63,851 nt of DNA from Octopus bimaculoides. Lineage: Eukaryota. Below, in pieces: positions 53,371-63,851 of this stretch. The translations under genes were made by a program, and so were the position numbers. Position 1 is the first letter of the stretch; every line of letters starts with the position of its first letter. The DNA lies in the NCBI RefSeq assembly GCF_001194135.2, contig NC_068981.1, positions 16,236,716-16,300,566 on the forward strand, given 5' to 3'. The notes under the pieces were generated by a model. That model saw only the letters and a list, made by a program, of their open reading frames with translations. It did no database searches and had not been told where the DNA came from.

Positions 53371-53679
53371 GTTTCCTTCAATTATACAGGAAAAGCATTG
53401 GTCGACCTACGACTGAAGACAACCTCCATGATATTATATGGTTCAATGGCATTTGTATCTACCCAAATGTCCAGCGAACATCTTAGCTATATATTAATAT
53501 GTGTGGACATTCCATACCCACTCAACAATTCCTACACCATTTTCTTAGCCACGTGACCACACAGTATATCCTTGGGCTTGTGCTACTTTTGTTTCCTTCG
53601 CAGTAGATTATTTGGGTAGTAATTCAATCTTTACACATATTATCAGAGTTCTTCAAATTTAATATTCTCCCACTTTTCA

Positions 53680-54290
53680 TAAAGTAAATAGAATTAATTC
53701 GTTAGATTTACTTTTGACTCAAATAAATTCTGTTATTTTCCACTAGAAAAAGTAACCCTTATTTTTATCTCAACGGCTTTCACTTACCTTTGACTTGACT
53801 AATCTTTTTTACTCAGGAATTCACAATTTACCTTTATCTTTCAATCAGCAATCTTCCCTTATCATCCACTCAACAACCTTTCCTTAACTTTCATTAAGCC
53901 AATACCCGTTAAATTTCACTCAACAAATTCCCCTTAACGTTATCTTGACAATCTTCACTTGACTTTGATTCAACAACCTTCTGTTATCTCCGATTCGGTA
54001 ATTCTCCACAGCTTTTATCTCATACTGAACAACCTTTCCTTCATCTTTACTAAACAAATAGCCATTTACTTTTCCATCAACACACTCCCCTTTTATTTGA
54101 CTCAATAAATTCCATTCTTATCTCTAATTCAAATACCCCTTATCTCCGATTCAATATCTTCCCCTTACCTTTGACCTAACATACAGACCCTTTCGGCTTA
54201 ACAGCTTTCTGTTCTCTTTGACAGAGCAAACTGCCGTTAGCATTGACACAATAACCTTCTCTTAACGTTAACTTAACAACAGACAAAATC
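53680..54290. repeat. Degenerate minisatellite, unit about 24 nt (approx. ACCTTTGACTCAACAAATTCCCCTT)
   Basis: At least 15 recognisable units such as tttgactcaa, ttcactcaacaa, tttgattcaacaa. Confidence 0.65.
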
Positions 54291-54539
54291 AATCACTGTA
54301 TCGCAATGGTATTGTGATCATGAAACTGTCGATATTTCACATTTATTTAAAAAGAAATTTAAATCGGTATATATTTAACTGAGAGAGATTGTAAATAAGA
54401 GAAAAAAGCAAAGCAAAGTAAAAAGGAATTCTTTAATCTCCAAAAGATTATTTTATGTCGTTTAATGAAACAGAAAGCGAAGTGACAAACTTTATGCAAT
54501 GGAATTTAGCACATTAATTATTCAACACAGATGCACTGT

Positions 54540-55010
54540 TAAATTATACATAAACACATGCATACATATATTCATGTATATATACATACAAGCATATATA
54601 ATAATGCATACATACATGCATACATATATATATACATGCATACATAAATATATACATACATGCATGCATGCAGACATACATACATACATACATACATACA
54701 TACAAGCATACATGATACATACATACATACATGCATATATACATATATACATACATATATGCATGCGTACATACAAACATACCTACATATATATATACAT
54801 ACGTGCTTGCATACATACAAGCATACATAATAATTTATGCATGCATGCATTCATACAAACATACATATATACATAAATGCATACGTACAAATATACATAC
54901 GCACACACATGCATACATACACACATATACATACATACACGCATATACATACATCCATCCATACATACATACATACATACATGCATACATTCATACATAC
55001 ATACATACAT
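54540..55010. repeat. Cryptic (TACA)/(TGCA) low-complexity tract
   Basis: Directly visible; source of several spurious ORFs. Confidence 0.9.
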
Positions 55011-55254
55011 TGGCTACAACCCAATTTCGATTAATACCATGGTTTGATTGTTCGTTTAAATATGACCAGATGGATGTGGCTTTTCAATTATGCTAGGGAC
55101 TTATACTGTTTTAACTGATATAGCAATGTTGGACACATTCTTGCAATAAGTCTTAACAAATTGTTTTCCTGACGTTCACCTCTATATGACGTTCACTCTA
55201 CTTTTTAATACACATTCTTTTCCATAACCACAAGAAATAGAGATGCATAGTTAA

Positions 55255-55570
55255 CAGGCCTGGCTGTGTGGTAAGAAGTTTGCATCCACATGGTCCGGGT
55301 TCAGTCCTATTACGTGGCACCTTGGGCAAGGGTCATTCACTATAGCCTCGGGAGTACCAAAGCCTCGTGAGTGGATTTGTCAGACGGAAACTGAACGAAG
55401 CTTGTCATGTGTCACCGCTTGACACCGGTGTGGGTATGTTTATGTTCCTGTAATTTAGTGGTTCGTCAATGGAGTTCGATAAAATAAAAAGAAGGGTGTC
55501 AGTTCATTTATTCGACACAACAATTTTCAAGGCGGTCAAATGATTGAAAAACTGGAAGATAAATAATTAC
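55255..55570 (+). mobile_element. SINE family A, diverged
   Basis: Head, core and partial tail recognisable. Confidence 0.75.
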
Positions 55571-55779
55571 TCTGTCTGTGTGGCTCATCAGATGATTTCT
55601 AAGGCCTGCCTTACCGAGGCAGACACCTAGACACACACGTTAAACGTTGAATTAGATCGTGCCCCTAAAAACTCAAAAAAGTTCACTTACGTAAATATAT
55701 ACATGCGTGTAGTGTAAATAACTGCACGTGTGTATAGCTAGGTGTGCAGCAATATCTGGTATATATAATGTGATGTATG

Positions 55780-55916
55780 TCTGTGTGATAACAAACTCGC
55801 TTCCCAATCACATCGTTCTGAGTTCAGTCCCACTGGGTGGCTCCTTGGGCAAGTGTCTTCTACTATAGCCTCGGGCCTACCAAGGCCTTCGGTAGTCGGA
55901 AACTGAAAGAAGCCTC

Positions 55917-55948
<32 letters not shown>

Positions 55949-56229
55949 NNNNNNNNNNNNNNNNNNNNNNNNNNNNNNNNNNNNNNNNNNNNNNNNNNNN
56001 NNNNNNNNNNNNNNNNNNNNNNNNNNNNNNNNNNNNNNNNNNNNNNNNNNNNNNNNNNNNNNNNNNNNNNNNNNNNNNNNNNNNNNNNNNNNNNNNNNNN
56101 NNNNNNNNNNNNNNNNNNNNNNNNNNNNNNNNNNNNNNNNNNNNNNNNNNNNNNNNNNNNNNNNNNNNNNNNNNNNNNNNNNNNNNNNNNNNNNNNNNNN
56201 NNNNNNNNNNNNNNNNNNNNNNNNNNNNN

Positions 56230-56267
<38 letters not shown>

Positions 56268-56465
56268 ACGTATTTTTGTATTTGTGTTTGTCACCCACCA
56301 CCACTTGATTACCCCATAATATAGCGGTTCAACCAAAGACAACGATGGAATAAGTATCAGGCTTTAAAGAAATAAGTCTCTGGATCGATTTGTTCGGCTA
56401 AAATTCCTTCCAAGCGATACCCCAGCATGGCCGCAGCCAAATGACTGAAAGAAATAAGAGATAAA
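55780..56465 (+). mobile_element. SINE family A spanning a gap, ending about 20 nt from the exon 56486 donor
   Basis: Head before the gap, tail cagcatggccgcag..aaatgactgaaa after it. Confidence 0.8.
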
Positions 56466-56485
56466 AGATATATTGATTAACTTAC

Positions 56486-56734
56486 CATCATCTGAATCGA
56501 AAATGTAGAAAATTCGCCTCCACCGATAGAAGTTGATCAGCTCTGTGATGGCTGGCATATAGGACGGGCTCATATGTATCTCAAATGGATAACTTGGCAG
56601 TTGATGTCTTGTAGCTACATTCAGAACGAATACGGGTAGATGCAAAGCATTACTATATGCTTGAACAACATGATGGGAAATTGGGTTGTTTAGTATAAAA
56701 AGTGCGAAAATACCCATAGCCGACTGAGAGCAAA
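56486..56734 (-). CDS. AMPA-type iGluR, ATD exon (first in window), 249 nt, phase 1-1: CSQSAMGIFALF...FYRWRRIFYIFDSDD(G)
   Basis: Acceptor ttctctttccAG, donor GTAAG. Resembles GluA 'CSQFSRGVYAIFG...YYQWDKFAYLYDSDRG', including the first ATD Cys. Confidence 0.93.
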
Positions 56735-56856
56735 CTGGAAAGAGAATTAAAATAGAGAAATTAGATTAATACTGTGAAATAATTTAAATTATGAATACTT
56801 GCATCAATTAACATTTCAAATTTCTCTGCAATATAAAAATGTGCTGTATGTAAAGA

Positions 56857-56920
<64 letters not shown>

Positions 56921-56924
56921 TAAT

Positions 56925-57330
56925 GATCCACAGGGGGCTAAACATCGAGGGGACAAACAAGGACAAGCAACTGCGTAACTGGTACATGTTTAATCGACCC
57001 CGAAATGATGAAAGGCAAAGTCGACCTAGGCGGAATTTGAACTCAACGTAACGGCAGACGAAATACCGCTAAGCATTTCGCCCGGCGTCTTAGCGTTTCA
57101 TATTTCTTTATTGCCCGCAAGAAGCTAAACATAGAGGGGACAAACAAGGACAGACAAAGGGATTAAGTCGATTACATCGATCCCAGTGCGTAACCGGTAC
57201 TTAAGTTATCGATCCCGAAAGAATGAAAGGCAAAGTTGACCTCGGTGAAATTTGGACTCAGAACGTAAAGACAGACGAAATACTGCTAAGCATTTTGCCC
57301 AGCATGCTAACGTTTCTGCCAGCTCGCCGC
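56925..57330 (-). mobile_element. SINE family B, two tandem copies
   Basis: Central domain occurs twice. Confidence 0.85.
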
Positions 57331-58123
57331 CCTTAAAGATGAATGTAAATAGGCGCGGGAATGGCTGAGTGTTTGCTATTATAACCCCTGGCCGACCAAT
57401 ACCTTGCATTTTAATTTGATAGACAAAAACTGTGTAGAAATCCGTCATATACACAAATATATGTATATAAATATATATGCGTCATGTTTTATTTGTGCTT
57501 TTCCCCCATTACCTTGACGAGCGGTGTTGGTTTGTTTACATGTCTGTAACTTCGGGATTCGGCAAAAGAAACTAGTAACGTAAATGCCAGATTTTAGAAA
57601 AAGCATAAATAGGTTAAATCTCCTTTTTCGCTAAAATAATGTCATTCATTAGTAAAGCTAGTGACACATCTACTAGCCAATTAACATTTTCACCAAACTA
57701 TATTGTTTTTTAAACCCTTTAAAAAAATAAAACAAGCCCAAGACTTGCAGCTGATACACCAAAACAAACATACCTGATTAGAAATACTACTTGCATGACT
57801 GAATTCTGAACATTAAAATAATTCCAAATTTAACCAATAAAATCTTCCATCACCACCAACCCTAAAATTTAATCAACAGTGCTCCACCTACCCCAGAAAA
57901 TTTTAATTTAGCAGAAACTATATAAGGCCAAGATGAACTCGAACGTAATGGTAACTCCTTATGGCTCAGCGAACCGAAACTTCGAAGTTACAATCGATAA
58001 TATTCTTGTTAAAGAAGAATAAATAAGTACTTTCCCAAAAGTATTGAGTGATCTTTCAGTTTATGGTAAAATTGTTTCTATTATAACTTGACATAAAAAA
58101 ACGTTGATGCCTGTTTCAATGTA

Positions 58124-58752
58124 CAGCAATCCCTCACCATATCGCGGTTCACTTATCACGGTTCCCTTATCGCAGTTTATTATTCAAGGTTATGTCGATT
58201 CCTCCGTGGTGTTGTTTTGCATTTATGATAAAATAAATAAATACAAAATATAAAAATAAAATATATATATGGAGTAGCTGTGTGGTAAGAAGCTTGCTTA
58301 CCAACCACATGGTTCCGGGTTCAGTCCCACTGCGTGGCACCTAGGGCAAGTGTCTTCTACTATAGCCTCGGGCCGACGAAAGCCTGGTGAGTGGATTTGG
58401 TAGACGGAAACTGAAAGAAGCCCGTCGTATATATGCATATGTATATATACATATGTGTGTTTATTTGTGTTTGTCCCCCAACATCGCTTGACAGCCGATG
58501 CTGGTGTATTTACGTCCCCGTAACCTAGCGGTTCGGCAAAAGAGACCGATAGAATAAGTACTAGGCTTACAAAGAATAAGTCCTGGGGTCCATTTGCTCG
58601 ACTAAAGGCGGTGCTCCAGCATGGCCGCAGTCAAATGACTGAAACAAATATATGAGTAAAAGAGTAAAGAGAGTACTGTTTCTACTTCGCGGATTTTCAC
58701 CTATCGCGGGGGTTTTGAGAAAGTCACACCAGCGATAGTCGATGGATTACTC
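58124..58752. mobile_element. pogo/Tigger-like MITE interrupted by a SINE-A copy
   Basis: TA|cagcaatccctcaccatatcgcgg ... agcgatagtcgatggattactc|TA. Confidence 0.6.
58270..58672 (+). mobile_element. SINE family A (tRNA head, CORE-like ttgggcaagtgtctt, internal microsatellite, LINE-like tail), full length
   Basis: A/B-box-like tgtggtaag / ggttcagtcc; about 12 related copies in the window. Confidence 0.88.
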
Positions 58753-58844
58753 TATACTTATAACATAAGCACAATCAAACTTGAATTTGTTGAGTGGCCT
58801 TCGTCAAAGACTCTGACAANNNNNNNNNNNNNNNNNNNNNNNNN

Positions 58845-58884
<40 letters not shown>

Positions 58885-59736
58885 ACGTTTTCATGTGAAA
58901 GTCACTGTCATGTTGAAATAAATATTTACTCAGTTTCTGATGTTCTTTAGTCCCAGAACCTCAAATTCCAGTAATTCTATAAACAAAGATCTATAATTAG
59001 AGCCGTAACTAATTCAGTAAAATATAGTTAGGTATGCATTAGTTTTCCTTCTTTAATAAATAAACTGATTGGAAGAGAGCTTTATCTGCTCTTTCTAGCA
59101 TATCAGGCAAGTCCATTGCAGCTCACTTATCGGTTTCATCTCTCAATTATTAGCTGAGTCATAGAAAAGGTTACAAAAGCAGAGAAAACTTTACACGAAA
59201 TTAGATTGGGTCGTCGAGAACTAACGAACGCCGCATAATGGCGCCCGTCTCAGAATTTTATTAAGATATCATTAATGAATTTGGTCTTGATCATTTTGAT
59301 GTTCCTCAGTACAAGAGCCAAAATATGCATCAGCCAGATATGTGGAAGTTTGGTTGGGTTGCGGTAGAATGGATTGCTAATGGCTTATGTGATAACGGGC
59401 AGCAACAATGTTGATGAAAAGTAAATGAAAATAATCATGATAAATTAATTCGATATTTCTTTTTTCTTCTTTTTTTTTCACGAAAACTAGGTCTCCCTCA
59501 ACACCCGCTAACTTGAATTAAAATGGAAATATGGAATAGTCAGAGAGGCGCCCATAAATTAGTTGGCAGAATTTAGTACTACACATGCTCGCACCCGCTA
59601 ACACATACGCACCTGCGCACAAGGATACAAGTATGCACGTATAAATGTGTGCGTGTCTGTATATGTGCATATGTGTGCGTGTGTGTGTCTACATACATGC
59701 TTCCAATCATTATTATATAAGGTTATGTATTAATAT

Positions 59737-59838
<102 letters not shown>

Positions 59839-59927
59839 TATATATATATGCATATTATATATATAGTATATATATACATGCATATTATATATATAGTATA
59901 TATATACATAGAAAGAGAGAGAAGGGG

Positions 59928-59987
<60 letters not shown>

Positions 59988-61371
59988 TAGAGAAAGAGGT
60001 ATATATAGAGAGAGAAAGTGAGAATACATATGTGTGTTTGTGTGGTGTGCATATGGAAGTATATATGATTATGTACATGTACGTATTTTTATGCATTTAT
60101 ACACGTGCGTTTATATGTACATGTACAGATATACATACGTACAATCACGTATACTTAAATGCATACAAAATAAACACGCATAGACTTAAATGCATACGGA
60201 TGTTCCACTCTCAGAGTTAATAACGCAGTTTTGTAGCTACAGTAACACGTTCACACGTAGCAAACTTATAGCGTTTGAATAAAAAAAAAAAACACGCACA
60301 CATATACACACCCGAGCACAAAATGATATGTAAAAAAAAAATTAGGCACAAAGACATCGTTATAGCATGCACAGTTAAACATAAAATATTGTGTATTTAA
60401 AAGCAACCGGACAGTTTCAAATAACTTGAGTCTAAACCATCATTCATACATACATAAATATATAATCACATACGTACGGGCGCACGCACGCTTGCTCATA
60501 CACACGGGCACACACACACATATATATAATCTCTACGTGTTTTCCCAACTTCCAAGTGCATTTAATTAGAGCCAATTCATGCATCACTTTTAATGGAATA
60601 TTTTTCAATGTCAGATTTTAAGATGGCTTTAATCTTAACAGTTTACCGAAAGAATATATTTTGACTTGGGAAATCTGTACGTGATTAGAGCCAATGATTT
60701 CAATCATAAAAATGCGTTTGCATTTCACATGTATTTTAATAGAGTAATTAACGGGTTTAACAAGCTCAATAAATCTGGAAAAGCTGCGCGGAGGGCGTCC
60801 AACATGGTACACTATCATGTTATAGCATAGTCACAAAATAATCCCGTAGAGGTTTCCATTTGCTCGCTCCGCTTGATAGGCATAATAGCTAAATCTCCAT
60901 TTAGGCAATAATCAGATGTACAGGATAATCTTAGCAAGAACGCCTTTAATTTAAGTATAAATCTGTCTAGTCGAGAACAAGAGTATGAATACAACAATAA
61001 CGACAGACACAATATACATTGAATGTTTAATACTCAATATATTAACTGGAGGCCAACTGACATCTCTGAAGCGTCATATTAATGGTGAGTGTTATATTAT
61101 ATTTCAGTATTGAGTTTCAGTAATTGTCAAGAGTATACCCTTCAAAACAGTGTCCCCTGTCATGGCTATTTAAATTGAATATATTGCAAGAAGGTAATAT
61201 ATTTAGCGACTGCATGTGATCCAATAGGATTTGTTCTAAAATCTCATTTAGATAATACAATATTATTGCGTCAAGTAATAGACAGCGTTTATTAACTGTT
61301 TCTTACAATATATAATATTTGTGAGTAGTTTGTTTGTCTGATATTGGATTCTAGTTTCACTCTCGACCTTC

Positions 61372-61413
<42 letters not shown>

Positions 61414-61838
61414 NNNNNNNNNNNNNNNNNNNNNNNNNNNNNNNNNNNNNNNNNNNNNNNNNNNNNNNNNNNNNNNNNNNNNNNNNNNNNNNNNNNNNNN
61501 NNNNNNNNNNNNNNNNNNNNNNNNNNNNNNNNNNNNNNNNNNNNNNNNNNNNNNNNNNNNNNNNNNNNNNNNNNNNNNNNNNNNNNNNNNNNNNNNNNNN
61601 NNNNNNNNNNNNNNNNNNNNNNNNNNNNNNNNNNNNNNNNNNNNNNNNNNNNNNNNNNNNNNNNNNNNNNNNNNNNNNNNNNNNNNNNNNNNNNNNNNNN
61701 NNNNNNNNNNNNNNNNNNNNNNNNNNNNNNNNNNNNNNNNNNNNNNNNNNNNNNNNNNNNNNNNNNNNNNNNNNNNNNNNNNNNNNNNNNNNNNNNNNNN
61801 NNNNNNNNNNNNNNNNNNNNNNNNNNNNNNNNNNNNNN

Positions 61839-61883
<45 letters not shown>

Positions 61884-63680
61884 ATATATATATATATCTG
61901 TGTGTGTATGTTTGTGTGTACATTCATACATACATATGTACGTCTGTGTGTGTGTTCTGTGTCTGTGTCTGTGAGTCTCTGTGTCTCTGTGTCACTGTGT
62001 CTGTGTCTGTGTAGTATTAAATAATTTGAAGATTGAAGCGCTAAAGAAAGGGTAGAGTAATAATTTCATTTTATCTTTGAAGAACTTTGTATAAATTTGT
62101 TCTTATAAAAATATTGATATAAGACAGTGATTTTCTTCTATGCTTAAAACTCAGATCGGCTTTCACAGATTTTGTTTAAGTCTCTCCGACACCGTCCTAA
62201 CATCAAAAAGTCTATCGTTGATTAGAACTTCTTATCTTCTTTGGAGAGTTATTAAAAACAAATTCCTTTACATCTCTCTTTAAGTTTGAAAGTTAAGTTG
62301 ATGTTTGATAAAAGCTGTCTAAAGTGTGATTGAGATTCCATATAACGATATTTTACAATGCTGGCCTATTATTATGAATGTATAATGTGTCAGTTCCTTT
62401 ACTTGCTATTCTCAACAAAGCAATATCAAAGAAATCACATGATTTGATGGTTTAAAAGATGAATTGTTTTCTAAGACATTCTCTCATGAAAACTCAACAA
62501 TTCACCTTTGTGACAATATGAATATATATATATATTATTAACGTATATTGCATTGGCTCGACCATTCCTTCAGAACTCAGTGTCATATTTGTAATAAGAT
62601 ACATAAATCGTAAAAGTCTTCCTAGATTGTTCCAGTTCTACGAGGAAGACTTTATTATTATTTATTGCTGCAAACGCCTTGCAATACAAAGGTTGTTATT
62701 ATGAGGAAAGTTTTACAATAGTCGCATGGCAATAAGAATATCGATAGTTTAGAAGCGATCGATTGAAAAGTCAAAATATTTTTATAAGATTACAGAAGGG
62801 GAATTAACGGTAACTACGATATGATTTACGAAATGTCATTAAGAGGATTATGTGTTAGATTATGTGTTATATTTTGAAGATTTCTAGTGTAAAACAAACT
62901 GCTTGGAAACGGATTAAAGTAAACATCAGAAAGAAGGATCAAATGGAAGCGGGTGGTTCAAAGAGATGTAAACTAATGTTGAGGGGCTTATAACGTTGAA
63001 TTCAACGATGTGAGATCCAACGAGTATGCGTGTATGCAGACTCTCGATCTTGTAGAAGTTGCAGTCAAATCCCCTTCAAATCAAAATTTAGCGTCGTATG
63101 AATAGAAATGGCACATCAGATAATGTACTCATAATTTTCCTCTTAGATAAATAGAATATAGTCAAGGTTAGGACACCGTGAAACGTTGATATGCTCAAGA
63201 CAACAAAAAAAGCAACAGTAAATTTACGAAGAATAGAGCAAAATTACAGATTTCTAGAATTATGTAAAATCTTCAAGAATGCACTAAAAGAGATGTTACC
63301 TGCTGTTTGGAATAAAGTTCTATTAATTTGATTAATCAGTGGGTAATATAATTAATTTTCAACAGTGTCTTGTTGAAAGGTTGGTGGAGACACTACAAAA
63401 TGTCGGTAAGTTAAATAAGATGTAATTGAATATTTAACAGACGCAATGCAGTATTATTTTCTAAATGAAAAAATAAAAAATATTAATAATAATAATAATA
63501 ATAATGATAATAATAATAATAATAATAATAAGGAAGTCAACTCAAGCTATCGCAGAACAGAGGAATCGAGTAATGAAATCACAGAAATAGAAATATTTAT
63601 AAAACTTTATAATGTTTTTTTTTCTCCTTTTATTGAACATATCGAAGTTTTAATGTACTCAGTCGGTGATAGTACAAATA

Positions 63681-63732
<52 letters not shown>

Positions 63733-63851
63733 GCACATATATGTGCTTACCTATAAACTAACACATATACATACGGTTATGCATAAATGCATATATTTAT
63801 AAACAGACTCACATACATATTTAACTATAGGTATATATATATATATATAAA

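Noticed and set aside
60815-61012. Hydrophobic-start ORF considered as the receptor's signal-peptide exon
   Set aside because: No suitable phase-1 donor and no similarity to GluA N-terminal exons.
62613-62653. Hairpin aaagtcttcct...aggaagacttt
   Set aside because: An 11-bp stem is too short for a pre-miRNA and there is no supporting context.

Overview
AT-rich, microsatellite-dense animal genomic DNA with about 12 N-gaps; the SINE repertoire suggests an octopus (inference). The window lies almost entirely inside one minus-strand gene: seven GT-AG exons (56734->3662) splice in frame into about 357 aa covering the amino-terminal domain and the start of S1 of an AMPA-type ionotropic glutamate receptor. 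I could not find its first exons or the LBD/channel exons in the window. The introns hold three tRNA-headed SINE families, a DD37D Tc1/mariner copy, a Helitron relic, a Helentron-like element, CR1-like and RLE-type LINE fragments, and several MITE/foldback hairpins. The most notable signal is a set of type I hammerhead-ribozyme motifs (7 copies, 3 unrelated families) in short non-coding elements with inverted/tandem Penelope- or retrozyme-like architecture. One family carries a tRNA/Pol III head. The well-folded copies lie antisense to the host gene; the sense copies are damaged or cut by a gap. All folds and alignments were done by eye, with no database searches. Most ORF-track entries are microsatellite or gap artefacts.
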